Shown: positions 1 to 9,229 of the stretch, in pieces
Layout of the letters: every line of letters starts with the position of its first letter
How positions within the stretch are numbered: the first letter of the stretch is position 1
NCBI GenBank assembly: GCA_963754315.1
Contig: CAVWFS010000018.1
Coordinates: forward strand, 512,001 to 576,000
DNA: 64,000 bases
Direction of reading: 5' to 3'
Source of the DNA: an uncultured Candidatus Rokubacteria bacterium
GTDB lineage: Bacteria; Methylomirabilota; Methylomirabilia; Rokubacteriales; CSP1-6
Notes under the pieces: generated by a model
What the model saw: only the letters and a program-made list of their open reading frames with translations
Database searches by the model: none
Told to the model about the DNA's origin: nothing
Position numbers and translations under genes: made by a program

Positions 1-279
1 GCGCGGTGTGGGGGATGATCGCCGGTCTCGGTTGTGACGACGTACTACCTCATCGGCAGCCGCTTCTTCGGGGTATCGTGGTTCGGTACACAGACGATCG
101 CCTCGGCGATCTTCGGGCTGCCGATCGGATTCCTCGTGATCTGGATCGTATCGCTGCTCACGGCGCCGCCGCCGAAAGAAGTGCAAGACCTCGTGGCCAG
201 CGTGCGCTACCCCAAGTCCGGGCAGGCCGTGAAGGGAGATCCGCTCGGCCGGGACCTCAAGGAGGTGCCCGTCCACTAA
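1..279 (+). CDS. 3' end of sodium:solute symporter (SLC5/SSS, ActP-like), truncated by window edge, apparent frameshift near 32
   Basis: Frame 3 gives AVWGMIAGLG; frame 1 continues VTTYY...SAIFGLPIGFLVIWIVSLLTAPPPKEVQDLVASVRYP, the typical C-terminus of cation/acetate-type symporters. Confidence 0.8.
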
Positions 280-293
280 GCGGATCGTCGCGC

Positions 294-328
294 AGCAGCG
301 GGCAGGGGACGTGCCCCTGCCCGCTGCT
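294..328 (+). terminator. 15-bp perfect hairpin after the symporter (no U-tract)
   Basis: AGCAGCGGGCAGGGG-acgtg-CCCCTGCCCGCTGCT. Confidence 0.55.
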
Positions 329-339
329 ATCATCGCGAC

Positions 340-642
340 ATGGACGGGTCGGCGGTTCGGCTCCTGCTCCTCCTCAACGTCGTCGTGCCGCTGCTCTTCT
401 TCATGGCCTGGATCTATCTGCTGCTTCATATCCTCTTCGCCAGCCTCATCCGGCGGCCGGACAGCCCGGTGCTCTGGTTCTTCGGCATCGTGACCGGTCC
501 CCTCACGCGCCCTGTCCGCTCCGTTCTTCCGACCGGGACCCCCGAACCTCGGGTGCGGACGATCTCCCTCGTCGTCTACCTCCTCCTCTGGATCGTCGCC
601 CGCGTGGTATTGCACCAGATCGCGGGTGGCCGCGCCGTCTGA
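340..642 (+). CDS. Small membrane protein (YggT-like), probably leaderless
   Basis: Hydrophobic segments, FFGIVTGPLTRPVR resembles YggT; TGc-TATCAT 6 nt before the ATG. Confidence 0.6.
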   Translation: MDGSAVRLLLLLNVVVPLLFFMAWIYLLLHILFASLIRRPDSPVLWFFGIVTGPLTRPVRSVLPTGTPEPRVRTISLVVYLLLWIVARVVLHQIAGGRAV

Positions 643-658
643 AGCGGCTGTGCTCGCG

Positions 659-1072
659 ATGGCGACCGCCAACGCCGTAGGAGTGACCCTCTTCGGCCTG
701 CTCTACGCGGTGGCCGGCGCGGACCTCATGCCCCAGGCGGCCTTTTTGACATGTCTCGTCGTCCTGTTCACCATGGTCACCGCCATGTGGGTGCGGGCGG
801 AGGCCCGCCACCGGCGGCGGCAGACGCTGAGCCGAGTGGGTCGGGCCGCAGGCGGGCTGCTGCTCGTGATGATCGCGATCCCGATCTTCATCCTGATGCC
901 CCTGTTCTGGCTGGACACGCAGCTCCCGCCCGAGGCTGGCCTTCGGCGGCTGCTGGCTCCGATCATGACGTTGGTCCTCTTCTCGCTGGTGCTCGTGGCG
1001 CTGGCCAACGTGGTCGGTTCGGTGGCCATCGTTGCCCGCGCCGTTCTTGGCGGCGGACGCGCCCGGCACTGA
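659..1072 (+). CDS. Hypothetical membrane protein (~4 TM; start could be 626)
   Basis: Four hydrophobic stretches, GC-rich third codon positions. Confidence 0.6.
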   Translation: MATANAVGVTLFGLLYAVAGADLMPQAAFLTCLVVLFTMVTAMWVRAEARHRRRQTLSRVGRAAGGLLLVMIAIPIFILMPLFWLDTQLPPEAGLRRLLAPIMTLVLFSLVLVALANVVGSVAIVARAVLGGGRARH

Positions 1073-1184
1073 GCCCCGAGCCACCGGCGGGTTCGGCTAC
1101 ACTATCGGTGACCGAACCGTCGTGTGGGCGGGGGTGGTTCCGCAGCATCCGCCGGCGCAACGCCGCGTTCCCGCGGGGGGCAGA

Positions 1185-1523
1185 ATGGCCAAGGTGGGAA
1201 GATTCGTCGTCGATCCCAAGGCCGGCGCGTATTGCCAGATCACCCTCGACGGCGGCGACAAGATCGTGGTCAACCACGACAAGGGGGGCTTCAAAGGTGG
1301 TCGGCTCACGATCGAGAAGACCAAATGGTGGGGCTCTGGCGAGCAGCTCTTCGTCTGCGACCTGGAGAGCCCGGGCGGCAAGGCCGCCCTCGCTCGACTC
1401 ACTCAGGGAGCCCGCGAGAGCAGCGCGGATGCAACGCCCCTCGGCGCCTTCGTGAATTTCGTCAAGAACTGCGCGTCAGCCGCCGACGTCAAGTCGAAGT
1501 GTGCCGGTCTGATCGAGGGGTGA
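1185..1523 (+). CDS. Hypothetical soluble protein
   Basis: ATG at 1185 after a G-rich RBS-like stretch; protein-like composition (MAKVGRFVVDPKAG...). Confidence 0.65.
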   Translation: MAKVGRFVVDPKAGAYCQITLDGGDKIVVNHDKGGFKGGRLTIEKTKWWGSGEQLFVCDLESPGGKAALARLTQGARESSADATPLGAFVNFVKNCASAADVKSKCAGLIEG

Positions 1524-1561
1524 GTCGGTTCCGGGTACGCCATCGGCCCGGCTGAGGCGCG

Positions 1562-3058
1562 ATGTCAGCGGTGCCGCAGGACGGGATGTCGCCCTTCGTC
1601 GGGCGGGTTCTCGACTTCGTCAAGCGCCCGGCCCTCACCTGCGCGCCCACGATGTCTGCCGTCGAGATCGCGCGCCTGCTGTCCCGCCACGGGATCGGCT
1701 CGGTCGTAGTGGAGGGGCCCGACGGTACGCCCATCGGGATCGTCACTGACCGCGACCTCAGGCGCAAGGTGGTGGCCGAGGCGCGCGATCCCAACACCAC
1801 ACACGCGGCCGACATCATGTCGTCGCCACTGGTGACGATTCCGCCTGCGGCCTTCGCCTTCGAGGCGATTCTCGAGATGACCCGGCGGGACATCCGGCAC
1901 CTGGTCGTCATGAATGATGGGCGGCTGGTTGGGGTGGTCTCGATGTACGACCTTGTCCTGGCGCAGGGCCTCCACCCGGTGCTGCTCGCGCGGGAAATCA
2001 GTCGGGCTGCCTCGCTGGAGGCCTTGGCCGCGCTGGGCGCACGAATCATCGACCTCGCCCGGCAGCTCGTCGAGCAGGGGGGCACGGCGCACGGCGTCGG
2101 GCAGCTCATCTCCGAGCTCAACGACCGGGTCGTCGTGCGTGTGCTCGGCTTGGCGGCGGGCACCCTCGAGGAGTCCGGCGAGGACGCCCCGCCCGTGGCC
2201 TATTGCTGGCTGAGCTTCGGTAGCGAGGCTCGACGCGAGCAGACGCTTCGGACCGACCAGGACAATGGTCTCGTCTTCGACGACCCTCCCGCTCACCTGA
2301 GAGAGCGAGTGACCACGTACTGTGCGCGGCTGGCCGACGCGACCGTACGTGGGCTCATCAGTGTTGGTGTCCCTTCGTGCCCCGGCGGGATCATGGCGTC
2401 CAACCCGCGCTGGTGCCAGCCGCTGTCGGTGTGGCGGGACTACTTCCACCGCTGGATCACCGATCCGTCGCCGGACCAGGTTCTCGGAGCGTCCATTCAT
2501 TTCGATCTGCGCCCGCTGGCCGGAGCGAGCACGCTGGCAGAAGCCCTCTCCACCGTGGTGCGCCAGGAGGCCCCACGGCACTGGGGCTTTCTACGGGTTC
2601 TGGCGAGCGACGTCGTCGAGCGGCGTGTGGCGCTGACGCTGTTCGGAGGCATTGGCATCCACCGTCGAGGCCCCCGTCGCGGCGCCCTTGATCTCAAGGG
2701 CGGAGGCGCCCTGCAGCTCGTGGGTGCCGCGCGCGTGCACGCGCTGGAGCTAGGGCTAAGCGAGACCAACACGATCGATCGGTTCCGGGCGGCGCAGGCC
2801 CGAGGGCTCTACACGCCCAGCGAGGTCGGCGAGATCGTCGACGCCGCTCAGCACCTCATGCGGTTGCGGCTACTCCATCAACTCGACCAGCACGCGCGCA
2901 ACGAGGTCGCCGACAACTTCGTCACCCCCGCCGAGCTGTCTCACGCGGACCGGGTCTTGCTGCGCGAAGCGCTGCGCACGGTGGGGCACGTGCAGGCCAA
3001 GATGCGGCAGCGCTTCGCCACCGACTTTGTACCGCGACTTCTGGGGGGACTGCTGTAG
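1562..3058 (+). CDS. CBS-pair + DUF294 putative nucleotidyltransferase with C-terminal substrate-binding domain
   Basis: CBS motifs GIVTDRDLR and IRHLVV...VGVVS; NTase motif GSEARREQTLRTDQDNGL; CPGGIMASNPRW; DLRPLAG. Confidence 0.9.
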   Translation: MSAVPQDGMSPFVGRVLDFVKRPALTCAPTMSAVEIARLLSRHGIGSVVVEGPDGTPIGIVTDRDLRRKVVAEARDPNTTHAADIMSSPLVTIPPAAFAFEAILEMTRRDIRHLVVMNDGRLVGVVSMYDLVLAQGLHPVLLAREISRAASLEALAALGARIIDLARQLVEQGGTAHGVGQLISELNDRVVVRVLGLAAGTLEESGEDAPPVAYCWLSFGSEARREQTLRTDQDNGLVFDDPPAHLRERVTTYCARLADATVRGLISVGVPSCPGGIMASNPRWCQPLSVWRDYFHRWITDPSPDQVLGASIHFDLRPLAGASTLAEALSTVVRQEAPRHWGFLRVLASDVVERRVALTLFGGIGIHRRGPRRGALDLKGGGALQLVGAARVHALELGLSETNTIDRFRAAQARGLYTPSEVGEIVDAAQHLMRLRLLHQLDQHARNEVADNFVTPAELSHADRVLLREALRTVGHVQAKMRQRFATDFVPRLLGGLL

Positions 3059-3102
3059 GACTATAATGCCCACGCCACCAATGCACGCTCACTGAGGCTG
3101 CC

Positions 3103-3477
3103 GTGAAGCCCAGGGTGCTCATCATCGAGGACGAGCCGCACATCGTGCTGTCGCTGGAGTTCCTGCTTCAGCGCGCCGGGTATGAGACGGCCGTGGCCGT
3201 CGAGGGGGAGGACGGCCTCGCCCAGGTCCGGCGCCACCGCCCCGACATCGTGCTGCTCGACGTGATGCTCCCGAGAATCAACGGGCACGACGTGTGCCGC
3301 GCCATCAAGGCCGACCCCGACCTTCGCGACATCCCGGTGATCATGCTGAGCGCCAAGGGACAGGAGGTCGAGGTGATGAAAGGCCTCGAGCTGGGGGCGG
3401 TAGCCTACGTGACGAAGCCGTTCGGCAACGCCGAGATCCTAGAGGCGATCCGTGCGGTCCTCCCCTCTCGAGCGTAA
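3103..3477 (+). CDS. Single-domain response regulator (receiver only)
   Basis: IIEDE, VLLDVMLP, MLSAK, TKPF; 124 aa with no output domain; TATAAT at 3062-3067. Confidence 0.92.
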   Translation: MKPRVLIIEDEPHIVLSLEFLLQRAGYETAVAVEGEDGLAQVRRHRPDIVLLDVMLPRINGHDVCRAIKADPDLRDIPVIMLSAKGQEVEVMKGLELGAVAYVTKPFGNAEILEAIRAVLPSRA

Positions 3478-5629
3478 GCTCGTCCTCGGCGTTCTCCTCC
3501 TGTTCCTCGTGCCGACGCTTGTCGCCGGGCTGATCCTGCTCGTGCTCTACCGCCGCGGGACCTTCCAGGATCCCTTCGCGTTGGTCATGACCGTTGCCGT
3601 CGGGTTCGTCGCGATGATGAGCTACCTCGGCGTGGTCGCGCACACGATCGGCCGCTCGCTCGTGCGCACGCTGCAACAGATCCAGCTCGGGACCGAGCTG
3701 ATCGCCACCGTGAACCCCGACCACCGGCTCGACGTCCGTACCGGCGACGAACTGGAGGCGCTGGCCGCGGAGATCAACAGGATGGCCGACAGGGTGCGCG
3801 AAGCTCACGTGGGACTCGAGGCCGAGGTGGTCCGAGCCACCCACGAGCTCGCCATCGAGCGGTCGAAACTGTCGGCCGTGCTGGAGACGCTCGGCGAAGG
3901 CGTGGTGGTCGCCACGCCCGACGGCCGGGTGACCCTGGCCAATCGAGAGGCGCAAGAGCACCTGGGCGTGGGCGGAGCGACCCTGCTTGGACGCAACCTC
4001 TTCGAGGTCGTAGACCGCGAGACGGTCACGTACTACCTGGAGCGCCTCCGGACGACGGCAGGTGGAGCCGAGCGGTTCCGTCTCCATCCTGGCGGCGAGG
4101 CTGTCCTCGACACGGTCATGACGCCCTTTTTCGACGCCGAGCGACTCGTGGGGTTCGTCCTCGTCCTGCGCGACGTCACTTCTCCTGCCCGCCTCGACGA
4201 GGCGCGGCGGCGGCGGCTGACCGACGCCCTCCGGGACTTCCGCGGTTCCCTGGCCTCGATCCGCTCGCTCTCCGAAAGCCTTCTGGCGGAGGGGCCTGCT
4301 TTCGGTGACCCGGCGAGCCGCCTCGTCGGTGCGATCCACGCGGAAGCGGTGCGGCTCTCGGGGCTCCTGCGCGCGGTAGCCGAGCCGGGGTCGCTGGGGC
4401 TCGGCGAGGCGCCCAGGTCTTTCGAAGAAGTCACGGTGGCCGACGTGACGGCCATGGCTTTGCGTCGCCTCGCCCAGGATGGGGTGACGCCGGGCCGCGT
4501 GGACACCGACCATGGTCCAGAATCCACGTGTCCTGTGCGAGTCGAGGTCGCCCAGCTGAGCGGCGCGCTCGCCAACCTGGTACGCGCGATGGCGGGCCGG
4601 ATAGCGCCGGACGCGGCCGTGCGGGTACGCTCGACGTTACGCGGCGGCGTCGTCCAGATCGATGTCGGCTGTGTCGGTCGCGGTCAGGTCGAAGAACTCG
4701 AGGCGGTTCTCGAGACGCCCCTCCGCACCGGTGCCGAGACGGTCTCCATCCGCGAGATTGCCCAGCGCCACGCCGGAGAGGTGTGGGCATACGTTGACCC
4801 GCCTCGGGTTGGGTTCGCCCTGAGCCTGCCCGTATCCGTCCCCGGCGATAGCCCGCGCCAGGGTCAGGGCGGGAGGCTCGCGTTCGTGGGCGCCGGCACC
4901 GTCTCGGCAGCGCGGGCTGGCGAGCGGAAGGCGGCGCGGCCTGCCTTCTATGACTTCTCGCTCCTCGAGGACATGGAGCGCCACCTGCAGCCCGACGATC
5001 GCGCCCGGGTCCTGGACCAGCTCGATTGCGTCGTGCTCGACACGGAGACGACGGGCCTCGATCCGGATCGCGACTGCATCGTCTCGCTGGCGGCTGTTCG
5101 GGTGCGGCGTGGCGTCGTCAAGCGCGGCGAGACGTTCGATGCGCTCGTGAACCCCGGCCGCCCCATTCCGCCCGGCAGCAGCCGCTTCCATGGGATCACG
5201 GACGACATGATCGCCAATAAGCCGACGATCGATGTCGTTCTCCCGGCGTTCCTGGCCTTCGCCGAGGGCGCGGTTTTGGTGGGTCACCAGGTCTGGTTCG
5301 ACCTCCGCTTCCTCGAGCGGGAGACCAGACGCCTGAGCCTCCCGTCGCTCACGGCATCACACCCTGTTCTCGACACCCTGTCCCTCAGCGAGATTGTCCA
5401 CGGCCCCCTGCCTGGCCACGAGCTGGACTCGGCGGCCGGCCGCCTCGGCATCACGGTCCATGGTCGGCACTCTGCCCTCGGTGACGCCCTGGCCACCGCC
5501 GATGTCCTCGTCCGCCTCCTACCGCTGCTCCGCAAGCGTGAGATCGTCACCATCGGACAGGCCCTTGCGGCGACGCGTCGGGCCCGTCGCGGGCGTTCGG
5601 CCCACGATCAGGCGGAGGCCGCCCCGTGA
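3452..5629 (+). CDS. Membrane 2TM-HAMP-PAS-degenerate kinase core-DEDDh 3'-5' exonuclease fusion
   Basis: Two TMs; HAMP DELEALAAEINRM; PAS LETLGEGVVVATPDGRVTLAN; DEDDh motifs LDTETTGLD, GHQVWFD, RHSALGDA. Confidence 0.85.
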   Translation: MRSSPLERKLVLGVLLLFLVPTLVAGLILLVLYRRGTFQDPFALVMTVAVGFVAMMSYLGVVAHTIGRSLVRTLQQIQLGTELIATVNPDHRLDVRTGDELEALAAEINRMADRVREAHVGLEAEVVRATHELAIERSKLSAVLETLGEGVVVATPDGRVTLANREAQEHLGVGGATLLGRNLFEVVDRETVTYYLERLRTTAGGAERFRLHPGGEAVLDTVMTPFFDAERLVGFVLVLRDVTSPARLDEARRRRLTDALRDFRGSLASIRSLSESLLAEGPAFGDPASRLVGAIHAEAVRLSGLLRAVAEPGSLGLGEAPRSFEEVTVADVTAMALRRLAQDGVTPGRVDTDHGPESTCPVRVEVAQLSGALANLVRAMAGRIAPDAAVRVRSTLRGGVVQIDVGCVGRGQVEELEAVLETPLRTGAETVSIREIAQRHAGEVWAYVDPPRVGFALSLPVSVPGDSPRQGQGGRLAFVGAGTVSAARAGERKAARPAFYDFSLLEDMERHLQPDDRARVLDQLDCVVLDTETTGLDPDRDCIVSLAAVRVRRGVVKRGETFDALVNPGRPIPPGSSRFHGITDDMIANKPTIDVVLPAFLAFAEGAVLVGHQVWFDLRFLERETRRLSLPSLTASHPVLDTLSLSEIVHGPLPGHELDSAAGRLGITVHGRHSALGDALATADVLVRLLPLLRKREIVTIGQALAATRRARRGRSAHDQAEAAP

Positions 5630-5826
5630 GTGGCATTGGCAGCAAGCTCGCCCTCCTGTTCGTGCTGGGGGCACTCCTGCTCAACTTCCCGGTGCTGGCC
5701 ATCTTCAACCGCGCCGCGACGGTGGCGGGCATCCCGATCCTTGCCCTCTACCTCTTCGGTATCTGGTGCGCGGGTATCGTGGCCGTGTTCGTTCTGGCCC
5801 GGACCTCGCGGGACGACGAGGGATGA
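5626..5826 (+). CDS. Small 2-TM protein, likely accessory subunit of the SLC5 domain downstream
   Basis: 66 aa, GTGA overlap with upstream gene; NFP...VAGIPILALYLFGIW resembles small SSS partner proteins. Confidence 0.7.
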   Translation: MSGIGSKLALLFVLGALLLNFPVLAIFNRAATVAGIPILALYLFGIWCAGIVAVFVLARTSRDDEG

Positions 5827-5830
5827 GCCG

Positions 5831-8800
5831 GTGCTGACCGCCTGGAGCATCGCCAGCGTGGCCTTCGCGTATGTGCTCGGCCTGTTCGCCATCGCGTACT
5901 ACGTCGACCGGCGTGCGCGCGAGGGGACGAGCCTCATCGCCAGCCCCGTCATCTACTCGCTGTCCCTGGCGGTGTACTGCACCTCCTGGACCTTCTACGG
6001 GAGCGTGGGACGGGCCGTGGCCTCCGGCGTGGGATTCCTGCCGATCTACCTCGGCCCCACGCTCATGGCCGTCGGATGGTGGTGGGTGCTCCGCAAGACC
6101 GTTCGCATCGCCAAGGCCAACAACATCACCTCCATCGCCGACTTCCTCGGCTCCCGCTACGGCCAGTCCACGCTGCTCGGCGGCGTGGTGGCGGTCATCA
6201 CCGTGGTCGGCATCACCCCCTACATCGCGCTGCAGCTCAAGGCGATCTCCCAGACCTTCGAGGTGCTCCTGCAATACCCGGCCGTCACCACCACCTTGCC
6301 GGCGTCGGCAAGCCGGCCGTTCTGGGCCGACACCGCCTTCGGGACGGCCGTGCTGCTGATCGCCTTCGGCATCATGTTCGGCGCGCGCGACCTCGACTCC
6401 TCGCGCCGGCACGAGGGACTGGTGGCCACCATCGCGTTCGAGTCGCTGGTGAAGCTGCTTGCGTTTCTGGCGGTGGGGGTGTTCGTCACCTACGGGGTCT
6501 TCGGCGGCTTCGCCGACATCTTCAGCCGCGCCGCCCAGCGTCCCGAGTACGCCCGCATGCTCGGCGGCGACCCGGCGTTCTCGTACGGCGACTGGGCGGC
6601 CCTCACCTGGCTCTCGATGATGGCCATCCTGTTCCTGCCGCGCCAGTTCCACATGGCCGTCATCGGCAACACGCGCGAGGGCCACATCAAGACCGCGATG
6701 TGGATGTTCCCCGTGTACCTGCTGCTCATCAATGTCTTCGTGCTCCCTATCGCCTTCGGGGGAGTGCTGATCTTTCCCGACGCGTCCGTGACCGCTGCCG
6801 ACTACTTCGTGCTGACGTTGCCCATGGTCCAGCACCAACAGGGGCTGGCCCTGTTCGCGTTCATCGGCGGAATCTCGGCGGCCACCGGCATGGTGATCGT
6901 CGAGTCAATCGCGCTGTCCACGATGATCCTCAACAACCTGGTCGTTCCCTCGCTCGTCCGCCGCGGCATGACCCGCGACATCTCCGGGCTCCTCATCAAC
7001 GCCAAGCGGCTGGCCATCGCCGTCACCATCCTGCTCGGCTACGCGTACTACCACCTCATCGGCGAGTCGTACACGCTGGTGAACATCGGCCTCATCTCGT
7101 TCGCGGCGGTGGCCCAGTTCGCCCCCGCCTTCTTCGGTGGCCTCTACTGGCGCCGGGCCACGCGCCAGGGCGCGCTGGCCGGACTCTCTGCCGGGTTCGG
7201 CATCTGGGTCTATACGTTGCTCCTTCCCTCTTTCGTGCGCTCGGGCTGGATCCCCGAGAGCCTCATCGGCGAGGGGCCCTTCGGGATCGCCTGGCTCCGC
7301 CCCGAGCAGCTCTTCGGGGTCACCGGGATAGGCTCCTGGTCCAACACGGTCTTCTGGTCGGTCGCCTTCAACGTCGCCTCCTTTGCCGCGGTCTCCCTCT
7401 ACACGCGGCCCTCGTTGCTCGAGACGTCCCAGGCCGAACGCTTCGTGGGGGTGTTCGAGGGCGAGCGGGCCCGGGCGGCGGCACCCGTGGGTGTCCACGG
7501 ACTCACCGCCGAGCGGCTCGAGGAGCTGGTGGCCAAGTTTGTCGGGCGCGACAAGGCCCAGGAGGCCTTCGGCGGCTTCGTTGACGCCCGGGGCATCACC
7601 GACGGGCGTCCGCTGACCGAGGCCGACCGGCGCGAGCTCCTCCAGTTCACCGAGCGTACGCTGTCGGGCGCCGTCGGGACTGCGTCCGCCCAGGCCATCC
7701 TGGAGACCCTGGCGCAGGGGGCCACCGCCCGCTTCGAGACTATCTTCGACGTCTTCGGAAAGGTGTCGCAGTCCCTGGAGCAGAGTCGTGAGGACCTCCA
7801 ACGACGGGTGCGGGAGTTGAGCCTGCTCAACGAGGCGACCCGGCGGATCGCCTCCACCCTGGATCCCCAACCGATGATGGACGGGGTCGTTCAGCTCCTC
7901 CGCCAGGAATTCGAGTTCGACGTGCTCACGATCCGGCTGCGGGACCCCGACGGGCATCTCCGGATCAAGAGCCACGTGGGTCTGCCGCCTGGAACCGCCC
8001 TCTCTCAGGGAGACCCGCCCTCGCGCGACACATATTTCGGCGAGTGCTTCGTGGACAACCGCGTGGTGGTGGTGGAAGACGCGGCGCTCATCCGCAAGCC
8101 GGTGGTCTTCCCCACGCCGGAGGCGCCGGAGCCTCGCTCCTTCGTCCACGCGCCCATCGCGGTCGAGGAGCAGCCTCTCGGCGTGCTTTCCGTGTACTCG
8201 TCCACCGGCCGCGTCTATTTCTCTCCGGAGTTCCTCCAGTTCTTCCGCACGCTAGCCGTCCAGCTTGGCCTGGGCATCCAGAATGCGCAGCTCTACCGCG
8301 AGCTCGGGGACTTGTCGCGCGAGCTGGAAGCCAAGGTGCGGCAGCGCACGGCCGAACTGGAAGAGGCGAACCAGCGGCTCACCGAGCTGGACCGGCTCAA
8401 GAGCGACTTCGTATCCACCGTGTCCCACGAGCTGCGCACGCCGCTCACCGCCATACGCTCGCTGTCCGAGAGCCTGCTCGAAGGTCGCGCCAACATCTCC
8501 GGCGAGCGCCAGCAGCAGTTCCTGGCCATCATCACCCAGGAGAGCCAGCGCCTGTCGCGCATGATCAATCAGCTGCTCGACCTGTCGAGGATCGAGGCCG
8601 GCAAGATGGAATGGCGCAGCGAGAGCTTCGACCTTCGAGAGGTGGTGGCTCAGGCCGTGCTGACCAACCACGCGCTCTTCGACGACAAGGCAATTGAGCT
8701 CGAGACGTCGCCCTTCCCGGACCGCGTGCCCGTCCTGGCCGATCGCGACAAAATCATCCAGGTCCTCACCAACCTCCTCTCCAATGCCGCCAAGTTCACC

Positions 8801-9082
8801 CCCCCTGGCGGGCGCGTTTGGGTCCGCGCACTGAGCAGCGACGGGCGCGCGGTCGTCGAGGTGGAAGACACGGGAGTCGGGATCCTACCTGAGCAGATGG
8901 AAACCATCTTCGAGCGCTTCCGTCAAGTGGGGGACACGCTGACGGCGAAGCCAGAAGGCGCCGGGCTCGGGCTGCCGATCAGCCGAGAGATCGTCGCGCA
9001 CCACGGCGGCCTGCTCACCGTCCGGAGCGCGCCGGGACGCGGGTCGTGCTTCCAGATCACTCTGCCTCTCTCGGACGCGTAG
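5831..9082 (+). CDS. SLC5-STAC-GAF sensor histidine kinase (CrbS/CbrA-like)
   Basis: YSLSLAVYCTSWTFYGSVG, ITSIADF, LPRQFH (SLC5); STAC LVAKFVGRDKA...LSGAVGTASA; GAF; H-box SHELRTPL; NLLSNAAKFT, DTGVG, GAGLGL. True start likely GTG 5831, not 5630. Confidence 0.92.
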   Translation: MLTAWSIASVAFAYVLGLFAIAYYVDRRAREGTSLIASPVIYSLSLAVYCTSWTFYGSVGRAVASGVGFLPIYLGPTLMAVGWWWVLRKTVRIAKANNITSIADFLGSRYGQSTLLGGVVAVITVVGITPYIALQLKAISQTFEVLLQYPAVTTTLPASASRPFWADTAFGTAVLLIAFGIMFGARDLDSSRRHEGLVATIAFESLVKLLAFLAVGVFVTYGVFGGFADIFSRAAQRPEYARMLGGDPAFSYGDWAALTWLSMMAILFLPRQFHMAVIGNTREGHIKTAMWMFPVYLLLINVFVLPIAFGGVLIFPDASVTAADYFVLTLPMVQHQQGLALFAFIGGISAATGMVIVESIALSTMILNNLVVPSLVRRGMTRDISGLLINAKRLAIAVTILLGYAYYHLIGESYTLVNIGLISFAAVAQFAPAFFGGLYWRRATRQGALAGLSAGFGIWVYTLLLPSFVRSGWIPESLIGEGPFGIAWLRPEQLFGVTGIGSWSNTVFWSVAFNVASFAAVSLYTRPSLLETSQAERFVGVFEGERARAAAPVGVHGLTAERLEELVAKFVGRDKAQEAFGGFVDARGITDGRPLTEADRRELLQFTERTLSGAVGTASAQAILETLAQGATARFETIFDVFGKVSQSLEQSREDLQRRVRELSLLNEATRRIASTLDPQPMMDGVVQLLRQEFEFDVLTIRLRDPDGHLRIKSHVGLPPGTALSQGDPPSRDTYFGECFVDNRVVVVEDAALIRKPVVFPTPEAPEPRSFVHAPIAVEEQPLGVLSVYSSTGRVYFSPEFLQFFRTLAVQLGLGIQNAQLYRELGDLSRELEAKVRQRTAELEEANQRLTELDRLKSDFVSTVSHELRTPLTAIRSLSESLLEGRANISGERQQQFLAIITQESQRLSRMINQLLDLSRIEAGKMEWRSESFDLREVVAQAVLTNHALFDDKAIELETSPFPDRVPVLADRDKIIQVLTNLLSNAAKFTPPGGRVWVRALSSDGRAVVEVEDTGVGILPEQMETIFERFRQVGDTLTAKPEGAGLGLPISREIVAHHGGLLTVRSAPGRGSCFQITLPLSDA

Positions 9083-9083
9083 C

Positions 9084-9131
9084 GTCCTGCTCGTGCTCAA
9101 CGTGATCGTGACGCTGCTGTTGTTCATGGCC
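9084..9131 (+). pseudogene. Remnant paralogous to the 5' part of gene 340-642
   Basis: 40/48 nt identical to 361-408; VLLVLNVIVTLLLFMA vs LLLLLNVVVPLLFFMA. Confidence 0.65.
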
Positions 9132-9229
9132 GCGGGTCTCGACAGTCCAGGAAGGCAAGGCCGCGATGGCGCGGCTCACGGGAGGCGAGCCCGTCAGCTA
9201 GCCCCTGTCTGAACCGGGAGAGGACGCCC

